64,000 bases of DNA from an uncultured Planctomycetota bacterium (GCA_963845755.1 CAWJTV010000005.1:288001-352000); one strand, 5' to 3'. Counted from the stretch's first letter, positions 1 through 12,381 are shown. The notes: a model not told the origin generated them from the letters alone. A program made the numbers and translations.

Positions 1-294
1 GTCGTGCCCAACATCCAGGGGCTGAGTCATCTGCCGATCATCGTTGACCCGAGCCATGCCACCGGCCGGCCGGACCTGATTCCCGCGATGGCCCGAGCGG
101 CGATCGCGGCGGGCGCCGACGGAATCCACGTCGAGGTCCATAGTTGTCCCGAAAAGGCTCTGTCCGACGGGCCGCAGGCGCTGGTTCCCGACCAGTTCGA
201 CCAGCTCATGGACGAAATCCGACCCCTCGCGGACCTGCTCGGCAGGTCGATCGACAGCCTCGTTGGAGAACCGAGCACATGCGCAGCTTGCTGA
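1..294 (+). CDS. aroF: DAHP synthase (class I-beta), C-terminal part, truncated by window edge
   Basis: [19 protein letters not shown].hv[13 protein letters not shown] motifs typical of the AroF/KdsA family. Confidence 0.9.
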   Translation, partial: VVPNIQGLSHLPIIVDPSHATGRPDLIPAMARAAIAAGADGIHVEVHSCPEKALSDGPQALVPDQFDQLMDEIRPLADLLGRSIDSLVGEPSTCAAC

Positions 295-1070
295 TCGCGG
301 GGAATTGGAAGATGAATCCAACGGCGCGGTCCGAGGCTGTCGCCCTGGCCGAGTCGATCAAGGCGGGCGTGGGGACGGCCGTTGACGTCCATGTCGTCCT
401 CTGCCCCCCATCGGTTTATCTCGGTGCGGTCGATGCGGTCCTGGACGGCTCGCCCATCGGCCTGGGCGGTCAGAACATGCACTGGGAATCGGCTGGGGCC
501 TACACTGGCGAGGTCTCCGGCGCCATGCTGGTCGATGCGGGGTGCACCCATGTCATCCTGGGACACAGCGAGCGCCGCCATGGCCTGGGCGAGACCGACG
601 CCCAGGTCAACGCCAAACTCCTCGCGGCGCTGGCCAGCCATCTGATTCCAATCGTCTGCCTGGGCGAGACCAAGGATCAGCGTTTGCGCGATGAAACCGA
701 GGCGGTCCTCGCGACGCAGTTAAGTGGCTCGCTGGCCGGTCTCTCTTCTGAGCAGATGGCTGGCACCGTATTGGCTTATGAACCAGTCTGGGCGATCGGG
801 ACCGGCCTGACCGCGAGCCCGGAGCAAGCCCAGTCGGCCCACGCGTTCATCCGGGGTCGGCTGGCGGACCAGTTCGGCGAAGCGACCGCGGCTCGCGTTA
901 TCGTCCAGTATGGAGGGAGCGTCAAGCCGGAGAACGCTGCGGAACTTCTGGCATGCCCCGACATCGACGGTTCACTCGTGGGGGGAGCCAGCCTGAAGGC
1001 CAAGGATTTCCTGGAAATCTTCCGCGCAGCTCGGGACGCTCGGAACAACAGCGGCGTTACAGGTGGCTAG
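279..1070 (+). CDS. tpiA: Triosephosphate isomerase
   Basis: [57 protein letters not shown] at 279 overlaps the aroF end. Confidence 0.97.
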   Translation: MRSLLIAGNWKMNPTARSEAVALAESIKAGVGTAVDVHVVLCPPSVYLGAVDAVLDGSPIGLGGQNMHWESAGAYTGEVSGAMLVDAGCTHVILGHSERRHGLGETDAQVNAKLLAALASHLIPIVCLGETKDQRLRDETEAVLATQLSGSLAGLSSEQMAGTVLAYEPVWAIGTGLTASPEQAQSAHAFIRGRLADQFGEATAARVIVQYGGSVKPENAAELLACPDIDGSLVGGASLKAKDFLEIFRAARDARNNSGVTGG

Positions 1071-1223
1071 AGGACACACAAGTCTATCGCCGTGTGGCAG
1101 AAGCTCGATCGTTCCCGATGGAGGCCCATGAGGTCTCAAATCTTGATCGACTCGCCACTTGTCGCTCACGACGACAACCGCCAGTCACGACGCTACTGAC
1201 CCCTTACCAGAAGGATCATTCTC

Positions 1224-1752
1224 GTGGTGAACTTCATCATCGGCATTCTGAATGCCTTGATGGTCCTGGGCTCGCTCTTCATGATTTGCATCGTCCTGAT
1301 CCAGGCGCGGAAAGGGTGGCGGGCTGGCTGGCGCATTCGGCGGAGTCGGGGGCTCGAGCGCCTTCGGAACCAAGGCCGGCGACGTCTTCACCCGAATCAC
1401 CATCGGCGTCGCCGTCGGCTGGATCCTTTCGGCCATGCTGCTGGTCGTCCTGACCAACCGCTATACGTCCTCCGCGTTTGACGTGGACGCACCCGCCTCG
1501 GAATCCAAGGACCTCGATGCGTTGTCAACGAAGGAGAAGTCCAAGGTCCCGGCGCCGGACCTCGGGCTGGATCAGCTTCCTCCGCAGATCCCCATGCTTC
1601 CGCCGGACTCGCCGCTGCCGACTCCCCCTGTGGATATCCCGGCAATTCCCGAACTTCCACCCAGCACGCCGGCAACGACGCCGAGCCAATCGGCCCCCGC
1701 CCCGCCTTCAACGACGCCGAGTAAGGCGGCCTCGGCCCCGGCACCGAAGTAG
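1224..1752 (+). CDS. secG: Preprotein translocase subunit SecG with Pro-rich C-terminal tail (one apparent indel near 1305)
   Basis: TM helix ending LIQ, then in a shifted frame KGGGLAGAFGGVGGSSAFGTKAGDVFTRIT and a second TM helix; sits directly after tpiA. Confidence 0.88.
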
Positions 1753-1896
1753 GCGGCGTTAGGCCATAGCGCGCCGAATATCGGGAATCGGTCGTGGAAT
1801 CGGCGCGGGACTCCGGGCACTGTCGGCAGACGTTCCCACAAAGTGAGTAGTCATGGGTCATTCGGAAAAGTTGAATCAAGAACCAGCGAGGCTCCT

Positions 1897-2783
1897 TTGC
1901 TATTGAGTATGACCGGCTTCGGAGAGGCGCGTCGCCAGGAATCGCGCTGGACGATCGAGGTCGAGATCCGGACGGTGAACAACCGGCACTTCAAGCTCAC
2001 TGCCAAGCTGAGTGATGAGTTCTCGGCGCTCGAGTCGGCGCTGGAGCACCTGGTTCGCGAGCAGGTGAAGCGCGGGTCAGTCCAGGCAAACGTGAGGATC
2101 GAACGACCCCGTCGAACCGGAGGACTATCGACTGAATCTCGTGGCTCTGGCCAGTTATCGCGACCAGCTTCGTGGGATGGCGTGGCCCGACTCGGAGGCG
2201 CCAAACGTCGATGTCTCGCAACTCCTGGTCTTACCAGGAGTCGTTGAGGAAGTCTGTCCGACCGGCCGAGATCCTCACCAGGAGTGGCCTGAGGTTGCTC
2301 AGGTGATCTCGCAGGCACTGAAGGCGTTGCAGGCTGCACGGGCGAAAGAAGGCCGGGCCATGGCGGCGGAGTTAATCGCGCTGGGCCGTTCCATCAGCGA
2401 TAATCTCGGCCGGATCGTCGATCGTGCACCGATGGTCGTCCAGGCCTACCAAAAGCGGCTAACGGATCGGATCCAGGCGCTGGTGCTGGACCAAGGCGTG
2501 ACCATCGAAGCCGGTGACCTCGTCCGGGAAATCGCGATCCTCGCCGATCGTTCTGATATCAGCGAGGAAATCGTTCGTCTTCGCGCGCGACTTGGCGCAG
2601 TACGTGGCGATCATCGAGGAGCCCGAGAGTTCGGGCCGGAAGCTCGAGTTCCTTTTGCAGGAGATGGGCAGGGAGATCAACACGATCGGTTCGAAGGCTA
2701 ACGACACCGAGATCAGCCGCACGGCGGTGGAGGTCAAGGCGCTCCTGGAAAAGATTCGTGAGCTCGTTCAAAATGTGGAATGA
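1897..2783 (+). CDS. yicC: YicC/YloC family endoribonuclease (two apparent indels, near 2120 and 2590)
   Basis: [60 protein letters not shown] spread over three ORFs; upstream of gmk. Confidence 0.92.
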
Positions 2784-3422
2784 CGATCAGAAACGCTTGG
2801 GGCCGGAACCTTCCGGGCGGTTGGTGGTGATCAGCGGCCCTGCGGGTTCGGGGAAGACGACCCTGGTCCGGCGACTGCTCGCTCGCTCCGATCTGCGTCT
2901 GACCGTGTCGGTCTCCGCGACCACTCGGAGCCCGCGCCCGGGCGAGATCCCGGGTCGCGATTATGACTTCGTTACGCCCGAGCAATTCGAGAAAATGCGA
3001 ATCCACGGGGAATTACTCGAGCATGCCTCAGTTCATGGCCACCTCTATGGCACGCCGGCCGGGCCGGTCCGCACGGCGATGGAGCGGGGCCTCTGCGTGC
3101 TCCTGGTCATCGATGTCCAGGGGGGGTTCCAGGTGCGAGAGAAGGTCCCCGACGCCCTCCTCGTCTTCATCAAGGTGCCCAGCCCCGAGGTGCTGGAGAG
3201 TCGGCTGCGAGCCCGTGGTACGGATGATGCGGCCGCCATCGGCCGCCGACTAGCCGCTGCAAGTCGAGAGTTGGAAGCGGCCGCGTCTTATAATGTTCTT
3301 GTGATCAATGATGAATTGGACCGCGCCGTCGGTGAACTTACATCGATCCTGATCCAGAACGGCTGTGGAGCGAAGGAACCGTTCTCGAATCCGGGAACGA
3401 GCGACCTCTTTGAGGGATACCC

Positions 3423-3426
<4 letters not shown>
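2773..3426 (+). CDS. gmk: Guanylate kinase
   Basis: [42 protein letters not shown]. Confidence 0.96.
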
Positions 3427-3695
<269 letters not shown>

Positions 3696-3918
3696 CTAGA
3701 GCCTGCCTTGCTCGCGCACGACTTCGCGGGGAAACCGCAAGCCTTCGAACTTCCAGGCCGATCAGTGGTGACTGGACGACCAGACGACCGACGTGCCTTT
3801 CCCACCGGGTTGGGGGGGAGAGGCCGGTCGTCCTCAGGCGTCCCTTCGATCTAGAAACAGACCGGCTTCATTCGACAGGGAAGTCGAACTGGTTTGCGCG
3901 GCGCGGTGAGGGGGATTC

Positions 3919-6248
3919 ATGTCCGTGCGACAGCGTGCGTTGCGATCCACTCCGCTCATCGCATTCGGGCTGGCGATCGTGTTCCTGGGATTGAGCCTGC
4001 TCGGCTATGACCCGGCGGATCCGCCGGGCCGAGGTGGCGAGCCATCCAATCATCCGCCCTCCAATCCGTGTGGCCCCGTCGGTGCCGCCCTGGCGCACGT
4101 GATGTTCACCATCCTGGGATGGTCCTGCTGGCTCATACCGCCCGCGCTGTTGGTCGTGAACCTGCTTCTACTCCGAAACCGTCCTGTGTCTGACCGGCTC
4201 AAGCAAACTGTGGGTTTTTTGCTGGTTCTTCTGGCCGCAGCGGGATCGATCCATAAGCTGGCGCCTATGCTCCAGCCTAGTCCTCCGGTCGGCAGTGGTG
4301 GCTACTTGGGTGCGCTCGTCGCGGTCTTCCTGGAGCTTTATTTCGGGATCGCTGGTTTGGTCATCATTCTGGCAGCGTCGGGCCTTTTTGGTCTGCTCCT
4401 CTGCCAGGAAGTGCTGATCGCCTGTCCCGTGAGAGAGTTACGCAGTTGGCTTCGCGGAGGGGTGGGACGCAGTAAAGCCGGCAAGTCGGAGTGTTACTCC
4501 GGCGTTGCAGCGGCGACAGGTCGGAGTGAGACTGGCCACTGGGAACATCCCATGCTCCTGGCCGATCACGTGGCACCTCCAGAGGCACGGGTTCACGCCC
4601 CGATCCCAGTTATCGGATCCGCAGCGCCTGTGGGGTCGACGTTCGCGACTGCACAGGCGATTGCCGGCCCGCGCGGGCCGGCCGTTTCGTCTCCAACGCG
4701 AGAACTCTCACACCTGGCGCCGCGCAGCCCGGTTCACTCTTTCAGCTCCCCTCTCGAGACCTGCTCGAGCCACCCGCGGCCTTCCCAATCCAGGAACATG
4801 AGGCGAAGATCCACTCCCGTGCCATGTTGCTGGAGCGGACACTCCTGGATTTCGGTTATCAGGTCCGGGTCGTGCAGATCGACACGGGGCCGGTGATCAC
4901 GCAGTTCGAAATCGAGCTCGAGGCCGGCCTGCGCGTGTCGCGGATCATGAGCCTTGCCGACGACCTGGCGATTGCCCTGGCTGTGCAGAGCGTCCGAATC
5001 GTCGCGCCGATACCTGGCAAGACGACAGTCGGCATTGAAGTACCTAATGATCACCGGCACATGGTGCGGTTGAGCGATGTCATGAGGGGTGTGGAAGGGC
5101 GATTCCAGGAATGCCGGATTCCGATGTTCCTGGGCAAGGACGCCAAGGGGCAACCGCTCGTCTTCGACCTGGCTGAGATGCCACACCTGCTGATGGCCGG
5201 CCGTACCGGCACGGGCAAGTCCGTTTGCCTCAACGCGATGATCCTCTCGATCCTGATGACCCGGCGTCCCGACGAAGTGAAGATGATCCTCATCGATCCC
5301 AAGAAGGTCGAGCTCACGCTTTACAAGCGAATCCCTCACTTGATGCATCCGGTCGTCCTCGACATGAAGAAAGCGGAATCGCTCCTGGCCTGGGCGTGCG
5401 AGAAGATGGACGAACGCTACGAGTTCCTGCGTCGGGCTGAGGTACGGAACATCCAGGACTACAACCGGCTCGGCGCGGAGGAGATCTTTGCGCGGCTGGC
5501 ACCCGAGGACGAGGCCGATCGGCAGCGGATCCCTACCTACATGCCGTATATCGTGATCGTAATCGACGAGCTGGCCGATATGCTGATGACCGCCGATAAC
5601 AGCAAGGAGCTCGAGCAGCACATTGTCAGGCTGGCCCAGCTCGCGCGGGCGGTCGGGATGCACCTGATCCTGGCGACGCAGAGACCGACGGTGGACGTGG
5701 TCACGGGATTGATCAAAGCGAATTTGCCGGCGCGGATCGCGTTCCAAGTGACCAACCGCGGCGATTCCCGCGTCGTCCTCGACGAGATGGGCGCAGAGCG
5801 GCTGCTGGGTAACGGCGACATGCTCTTCCTCATTCCCGGGACCTCGCAGATCATACGGGCCCAGGGAACGTATGTCTCGGAGAACGAGGTCAAGGGGCTC
5901 AGCAAGTATCTCGAGCGCTACCCGGTCGAGTTCAGTCGAGAGTTATTGCAGCTTCAGGTCGGCGGCGCCGCCGGCGGTAAGGAACGGGGCGCCGCGTTGA
6001 AGGAGCGCGATGAACTCTACGAGCCGGCCATCGAGATCGTCATCCGCGAGGGCCGGGGATCCTGTTCGCTGCTCCAGCGCGCATTGGGGATCGGCTACGG
6101 TCGCGCCGCCCGCCTCATCGATTTCATGGCTGAGGACGGCATCGTCGGCGAATTCAAGAGCGGCTCCGCCCGCGAGGTCCTCTACTCGTGGGAAGAATGG
6201 GAAGCTCTCAAGAACGGCGGCGCAGTCAAGGATGAAGCGGTTGTGTGA
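3919..6248 (+). CDS. ftsK: DNA translocase FtsK (4TM, motor and gamma domains; apparent indel before about 4730)
   Basis: N-terminal TM region with NPCGPVGA; GPVITQFE, PHLLMAGRTGTGKS, IDPKKVEL, IDELADM, ATQRPTVDVVTGLIKAN, LQRALGIGYGRAARLID. Confidence 0.95.
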
Positions 6249-6322
6249 GTAAAGGATTCTTTCGAAAGACAGGTATTCTCTCCAGAAGAGAAACGTACGT
6301 CTCTACTGGGGCCGAGTCAGAG

Positions 6323-6769
6323 TCAACTTGTCGGGGCGGGACTATCCTGGTCGATTTCACATTCCTCGGGGTCGCCGGGGTAAAAGTCGAAGAACCGCTG
6401 GCCAGCGAAGTAATCAGCCATAGCCTTTCGAACAGCCCGCAATTGCTTCACAAACCGCGCATATTGCCGGATCAATCGCTTCCGTTGCTCCTCGGGCATC
6501 TCGAGGATGTCGGCATAGAACCGACGGCCTCGCGATTCGTCGTGAAAGCTCCAGAGCCGCTTGATTCGCTGGCCCGACTCCTCATCCTCGTATTCGAGCA
6601 GCCGAGCATATTGCCGCGCCTTCATTTTCTTTGCGTAGGCGATGAGTTCGGAGTCGGACTCGAAGCCGCCGACGTCCTCGATCCACGCGACGATTTCTTC
6701 GGTCGTCAGTCGTGGGCCCTTCTCGGCACAAAGTTCCCTCAGGCTGGCAACGATTTCGGCGGGTCCCAT
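6323..6769 (-). CDS. Hypothetical 148-aa helical protein
   Basis: Clean ORF with protein-like composition, GAGG upstream of the ATG, convergent on ftsK. Confidence 0.7.
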   Translation of the reverse strand: MGPAEIVASLRELCAEKGPRLTTEEIVAWIEDVGGFESDSELIAYAKKMKARQYARLLEYEDEESGQRIKRLWSFHDESRGRRFYADILEMPEEQRKRLIRQYARFVKQLRAVRKAMADYFAGQRFFDFYPGDPEECEIDQDSPAPTS

Positions 6770-7142
6770 GGCTTATGCCCTCGATCGGTCGGGTTGATGG
6801 TTTCCCATGTCCCCTCTCTATGGAAACGTCATATTCTTAATCTCGGGGATTTTAACGAAACTGTCCAGGCGTGTCGATGCACTACCGTACAATTGGTAGG
6901 ATTTTTTCGGGTCAGGGCGTCGTGCCTCCTCCCTCCCTCGAGGGACGATGGTCTCTGGAAAGGCTGAAGGAGGTGATCTGAAGGAAGAGCCTGAACCAGG
7001 CCGGTCTTAAGTCAGCCTCAGGCCTTCAGCCTTCCGATCCCGTTCCCCCATTCCCCATCGGGCTCGGGGCGCCTATAAAGGTAGATAGGAGGCGATTCGG
7101 AAGCGGAATCCTGTGGACCCGCACAACGATTGAGGTGGAACC

Positions 7143-8531
7143 ATGCGGTTGCGATCGATAAGAGTGGCGGGGGCTCTGGGCGGGTTCCTGATCGCGATGG
7201 CCGGCGCGTCGGAGCCCGAGGAGTCTCGGAGCATCGTGACGAATCGGTCGGCCGCCGAACGCGGTCGGATTGCATTGACCCTCACTGGCTTCCTCAAACC
7301 CGAGTGGTCCGAATCCGCTTATCGAAGCGCCGGCCGCCTCTGGGACCAACCCGCGCCCGATCCGGACCGGGACCCGGCGGCCTATGCAGCGGCGTTCCGG
7401 CACCGTTACGGATTGCATCCGGCACCGTATCCGAACGACGGCCTGCCCATGGGACTACGGCGTGGCCTCAGCCCGGACGGGACAAAGTCCGCCGGTTTTC
7501 AGATCGACTGCATGTTGTGTCACGGCGGATCAATCGGCGGCAAGAGCTATGTCGGGCTGGGCAATACGCAACTCGATCTCAAGGCTGTTCTCCACGAGTT
7601 GACGATCGCCGACGGCCGTCGCCCGCCCCCGTCCACGTTCGTCTTGAACTCGTCCCGCGGGACGAATAACGCCGGCATGGTCGCCGCGGTGCTGCTGAGC
7701 CTGCGTAATCCCGACCTCTCATCTCGAATCATCCCCGTGCCTCTGGCTGTCAACCTTCCGGAGATGGACACCCCTCCGTGGTGGCACCTCAGGCGGAAGG
7801 CGACGATGTATTACGACGGTCGCACCGATGCCCGATCGGTCCGTACCAACATGCAGTTTCTCCTGGGTGAGAAGTCGCTCGATCAACTCAAGGCCCTGGA
7901 GTCAACGTTCCGCGATGTCCAGGCCTTCCTGAATAGCCTCGAACCTCCGAAATACCCGTTCCCGATCGACGAGGACAAGGCCGCGCGCGGAAAAGTCGTC
8001 TTCGAGGAGACGTGCGTCCGCTGCCATGGCTCCTATGGTGCCGGCGGCAGGTACCCGAATAAGATCGTCCCTCTCGATGTGATCGGCACCGATCCGGCGC
8101 GGGCACAAGGGCTCTCCGATCGTCTCGTCAGCCACTACAACTCGACCTGGCTAGGTGAGGAGCACCCGGTGAACACGGAGCGCGGCGGTTACCAGGCCCC
8201 GCCGCTCGACGGCATCTGGGCCACAGCCCCGTACCTTCACAACGGCTCGGTTCCGACACTCCATGCACTCCTCCGGTCCTCGTCCCGACCTCGCCGCTTC
8301 ACCCGCCCGCCATCGACCGAGTTCGAGCATTATGACTCAATCCACGTCGGATGGAGGTTTACCGAGGTCCTGGCCGAAGCGCCAGCGTCGCCAGGACGCC
8401 GCTCCGCGTTCCAGTCTAAGTTCATCGTGGATACGGCGCGATTCGGCATGGGCAACCGCGGTCATACCTTCGGAGATCGCCTCTTGGAGGAGCAACGGAT
8501 GGACCTGATCGAGTACCTCAAGACACTCTAA
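7143..8531 (+). CDS. Secreted di-heme c-type cytochrome, RoxA/cytochrome c peroxidase-like
   Basis: Signal peptide; two CxxCH motifs (CMLCH, CVRCH); IGTDP and YQAPPLDGIWATAPYLHNGSVPTL; C-terminal GNRGH..G and LIEYLKTL. Confidence 0.85.
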   Translation: MRLRSIRVAGALGGFLIAMAGASEPEESRSIVTNRSAAERGRIALTLTGFLKPEWSESAYRSAGRLWDQPAPDPDRDPAAYAAAFRHRYGLHPAPYPNDGLPMGLRRGLSPDGTKSAGFQIDCMLCHGGSIGGKSYVGLGNTQLDLKAVLHELTIADGRRPPPSTFVLNSSRGTNNAGMVAAVLLSLRNPDLSSRIIPVPLAVNLPEMDTPPWWHLRRKATMYYDGRTDARSVRTNMQFLLGEKSLDQLKALESTFRDVQAFLNSLEPPKYPFPIDEDKAARGKVVFEETCVRCHGSYGAGGRYPNKIVPLDVIGTDPARAQGLSDRLVSHYNSTWLGEEHPVNTERGGYQAPPLDGIWATAPYLHNGSVPTLHALLRSSSRPRRFTRPPSTEFEHYDSIHVGWRFTEVLAEAPASPGRRSAFQSKFIVDTARFGMGNRGHTFGDRLLEEQRMDLIEYLKTL

Positions 8532-8538
8532 ACTCCAC

Positions 8539-9847
8539 TCAATAGCCGCGGCGTTCGGGCTTGATCTCATCGACTTCCGGCGGCGAGGTCGCTCGGAGCC
8601 GCTTAGCGACCTGCGCCGCTTGTCGAAAGGCCCGTAGGACGTTACCGCCGAGGATCTTGTGGACGTCCGCCTCAGAGTAGCCGCGACGGAGTAGCTCGTC
8701 AGTCAGACGGGGGTAGGAGGAGACGTCATCCAGGCCGATTGGCCACTGGGAGATCCCGTCGAAGTCCGAGCCGATGCCGACGTGATCGATTCCTGCGACC
8801 TTGACGATGTGATCAATATGGTCTGCAACGTCGCGGTAGGTTCCTCGCGCGAACTTGGCCTCTGCGGAATTCATCCAGACTTCCATCGCCTTCGTCCGCT
8901 CTGCACGATTGGGGTACTTGGCTAGCATCTCCCGGCGGACCGCCTGCATCTTCTTGCCTGCCTCGGGGACGATGAACCCTGAGAAGAAGTTGACCATGAC
9001 CACGCCGCCGTTCTGCTTCACGCCCTGGAGGATTTCGTCCGGGACATTGCGAGGCGACGGACAAAGTGCATAAGCGCTGGAGTGGCTTGCGATGAGAGGT
9101 GCCTGCGCAATGCGCAGTGCGTCGGACATCGTGGCAGGAGACACATGCGAAATGTCCACCAGCATACCCAGACGGTTCATTTCCTTGACCACACGCTCGC
9201 CGAACCGACTCAGGCCGTCGTTCTTGGGGTCGTCGTTGGCCGCATCGGCCCAGTCCAGCGTGGTGTTGTGCGTCAGCGTGATGTAACGCGCCCCCAGTTG
9301 ATAAAAGGCACGGAGTTGAGCCAGGCTGTTCTCGATCGCCACACCTCCCTCGATCCCGATCAGCGAGGCGATCTTGCCCGAGCGAGCGATGCGCTCGACG
9401 TCGTCGGCGGTGAATGCCATCTCGAACGCATCAGGGTAGCGCTCGACCATGCGACGGACCAAGTCGATCTGCTCGGTGACGGTGCGGGCTGGATTCGGGT
9501 GCTCGCTGGGGATGTACACCGACCAGAACTGGGCCTTGACGCCTCCCTCCCTAAGGCGTGGGATGTCGGTTTGACCGGAGTCCAGCCGGCGCGACAGGTC
9601 GAACTTCGTCAAGGAGAAGTCGCCATCCGTGCGCAGCGCGCCACGGTAGATCGTTGTGGCCGTCGAATAGCATGCCCCCGGCATGGACCTTGCGCACCCG
9701 TTCGGAAATCGGCGGTAAACGGCCCTCTCTACTCGGGTCCTCTTGACCGTAGCTTACCGCGATGCGTGACAGGGCCAGGACGGACAGGCATCCCCCGATC
9801 CAAGCGGCACGACGTACATGGCGGATCACGGCCCTATTCGAATTCAT
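8539..9847 (-). CDS. Membrane dipeptidase, peptidase M19 (apparent indel near 9640)
   Basis: DGHNDLPW, AQFWSVY, GIEGG, LTHN, MLVDISH, ASHS, GIGSDFDG, KILGGNVLR. Confidence 0.93.
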
Positions 9848-10056
9848 GGCAACACCTGTTAGTCGAGATTTCGTTCCCCGGCGGTTCTATTCTGATTCGG
9901 AACGCGCCATGGGACAATGGCGCGGCGTCGGCGATTCCATTGCTGACGGAGGTCGTGTGAGTATACACTCGATTCCAGGACGATCGATCGGGCGCCACCG
10001 CCGGAGATTCCGGATTCGCATGGAAGATAAGGACCTATCCGAGGAGAGGGTGCGAT

Positions 10057-10575
10057 ATGATCGATCAGGCTCTCTCGACCGGTCCCGACTTGACAGAGGC
10101 TTCAGGAGTGGTACGAGTGACGGGAGCATCGACGCGATCGATCGCGTCTGCCGGCGACGTGATCCCGATTGTTCCAAACCTCGTAGCGACGATCTCGACA
10201 TTTCTCTTCACGATGGCGCTTCCGTGGGGCTGCTACTGGTTGATTGCCTCGGTGATTGGTGATGATGGCTTGGCCGGCGATATCGCGTCGATGTTCATGG
10301 CGGCGACTCTGCTTGAAGACGCAGGCATCGCGCTGGCGACCGCCCTCGTGTTCCTCGTGTTCGGGATGATCCTTCAGTTCTGGCAGCACCAGAAGCCGTT
10401 CGGGAACTGGTGGCCGGTCGTGCTGGCCTTCCCGGTCTTCTGGGTGATCCTCCTACCCGAATTCCTACTCCGCCAGAGCCCTCTGGTCGTCTGGATCATC
10501 TTCGGGACGGCCATCCCCTTCGTGTTCTCCGTCCACTGGTGGGTCCTGGTGTCCGCACGCGAGGCTGCCGAGTAG
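10057..10575 (+). CDS. Hypothetical integral membrane protein (about 4 TM)
   Basis: Several hydrophobic stretches; GAGGAG upstream. Confidence 0.6.
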   Translation: MIDQALSTGPDLTEASGVVRVTGASTRSIASAGDVIPIVPNLVATISTFLFTMALPWGCYWLIASVIGDDGLAGDIASMFMAATLLEDAGIALATALVFLVFGMILQFWQHQKPFGNWWPVVLAFPVFWVILLPEFLLRQSPLVVWIIFGTAIPFVFSVHWWVLVSAREAAE

Positions 10576-10642
10576 CATGTCGAGGGGCGCTGGTCGAGTT
10601 CATCGAGACCGACCCGCCTGCCGAAATGAACCCGGCCAGTCG

Positions 10643-12381
10643 GGGTGGAAGACGCGGTTCGTTTTTCTGACGAGTTACGCGGCTTCCCCAGTCTTCCTGG
10701 CTTTGTAGCTGCGGAACGGGCTGCTGGGCCGCTCCTTGAGGTGGCGGTCCAGGCGGCCATCTTCGGAAAGGAAGGCCGCACGGAGTTGGAGGATCGCTTC
10801 GGCACCGGCCTCGCTCCAGAACTTCTCCGACCCCTTCACCCGGCGGTTGAATATCTTCACCGTTGACTCCACGTGGCTGGTCGTCCACGGGAGGCCCTCG
10901 CGACGATAGCGCGGATAGTCCATCCGCTCCCGGTTGTCTTCCAGGTAGCCCAGCACCCGCGCGACGATCCTCCGGGGGTCGTCGTCGGCTAGCCTTTCCA
11001 GCGGGCACCCGCACAAGGCGATCTGGGTATCACACCAGGTGCGAAGCTCCGCGATCACCCGATCGACCCGCCCGTTCCAGCAGGCCTCCGCCCAGGCCTG
11101 GAATGACTCCCAGCGGCCCTCGGTGTCGGCGACCATGACCCGGGCCGCCGTGAAGAGGTGGGCCAGGGCGTGGAGGAAGTTGACGATCGCCACGAAGGTC
11201 GGGAAAGAGCGGCGGTGCAGCCCCCAGATCCAGGCCGAGCCGTCCCCCAAGAACGCCCGGGCGGCGGCCGCGGCGAAGTTCCGCCGTCGGGCCTCGGCGG
11301 CGACCATCGGCCCGAAGCGATCGACCGGGGCGGTCGTGGCCACGTAGGTGCGCACCGATAGCTCCGGCGTACCGCGCGGCTCGGCGGCCTCGGCGACGGC
11401 CGGGATCGGCAGCACGGCGGGCTCCTGGATCTCGGGGGCCGGCGGGCCCATCGGTCCGGTCCCGCCGATGGCCCCGATGACCTTCTCGACGTAGGCCCGA
11501 TCGCGGAAACAGGCGGGCAATTCCGGCTCGGGGTCGCACTCGGAGACGACAGGGGCCATCGTCGCCAGGATCGCGATCTTGTCCTCGTGCCAGGCGGCCT
11601 GGTGGGCTCCCGGCCCCTGGCCCGCGCCGCGGATCTGGAGCCGGCCGCCATCGACCTCGACGACCGCCAGGGCTGGCCGTGTCGCGACGCGCGGCTCGAG
11701 CGTGCCGGCCTGGAAGCGGTCCACCGGCTCATCCCGCTGGGACCGCAACTGCTCGCCGAGTTCGCGGGCGATGCGGTCGAGTTGCCGGCCGCTGATGTCC
11801 ACCTCGGCCAATTCGGCGACGGCCTCGGCTGCCTCGCGGAAGGAGGGCTCGCGGGTGGCGGAACGGACGATCTTGCGGACTACCGAGGGGCTGTAGTCAT
11901 GGGACGTCAGCCGTAGCGCCGGCGCCGAGGGAAAAAAATCCCGGCGGCAGGCCGGGCAGTGGCACTGGGGCTCGGCGTAGGTGACCGCGCCGCCCCAGAA
12001 GTCGATGGCCCGCGGCTCGCGCTGTACGGCGCAAGGCCGCTGACACGTCGGGCAGGGTTGCTCGGGCCCCAGCAGCGCGGCCTTCCGCTCCAGCAGATCG
12101 GCGATGGTGCCCCGAGCGACGGCGCGGGCGGCGGTGATGGCCATCTGCTCGATGTCGTCGGCGTCGAGATCCAACTCGGGCCCGACCTCATCGTGGACGC
12201 GCCGGGCCACGACTTTCCCCCACCCTTCGGCGAGCCGCTCGACGCCGTCTCGATCCATCGATGGTGACTTCTGGAAAGGCATCGGAGGTCCCTCCTTGGA
12301 CTTCGGGTGATAGACAATCTGGGAAACTCACCTTGACAGCTTACCAGGGATCGAACGCCGCGCGAACCGCGTCTTCCACCC
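10643..12381 (-). mobile_element. Insertion sequence, ISKra4-like (IS256/Mutator superfamily), 1739 bp
   Basis: Perfect 19-bp inverted repeats GGGTGGAAGACGCGGTTCG (10643-10661) and CGAACCGCGTCTTCCACCC (12363-12381); 9-bp direct repeat GGCCAGTCG at 10634-10642 and 12382-12390. Confidence 0.95.
10675..12282 (-). CDS. ISKra4-like DDE transposase
   Basis: N-terminal CPTC...CPAC zinc finger; VEVDGG, LGDGSAWIW, NFLH, MDYPRYRREGLP, SHVESTVK, RVKGSEKFWS motifs. Confidence 0.9.
   Translation of the reverse strand: MPFQKSPSMDRDGVERLAEGWGKVVARRVHDEVGPELDLDADDIEQMAITAARAVARGTIADLLERKAALLGPEQPCPTCQRPCAVQREPRAIDFWGGAVTYAEPQCHCPACRRDFFPSAPALRLTSHDYSPSVVRKIVRSATREPSFREAAEAVAELAEVDISGRQLDRIARELGEQLRSQRDEPVDRFQAGTLEPRVATRPALAVVEVDGGRLQIRGAGQGPGAHQAAWHEDKIAILATMAPVVSECDPEPELPACFRDRAYVEKVIGAIGGTGPMGPPAPEIQEPAVLPIPAVAEAAEPRGTPELSVRTYVATTAPVDRFGPMVAAEARRRNFAAAAARAFLGDGSAWIWGLHRRSFPTFVAIVNFLHALAHLFTAARVMVADTEGRWESFQAWAEACWNGRVDRVIAELRTWCDTQIALCGCPLERLADDDPRRIVARVLGYLEDNRERMDYPRYRREGLPWTTSHVESTVKIFNRRVKGSEKFWSEAGAEAILQLRAAFLSEDGRLDRHLKERPSSPFRSYKARKTGEAA

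Noticed and set aside
3770..3845. REP-like or G-run hairpin between rpoZ and ftsK
   Set aside because: Single degenerate copy, no second instance in the window, no U-tract.
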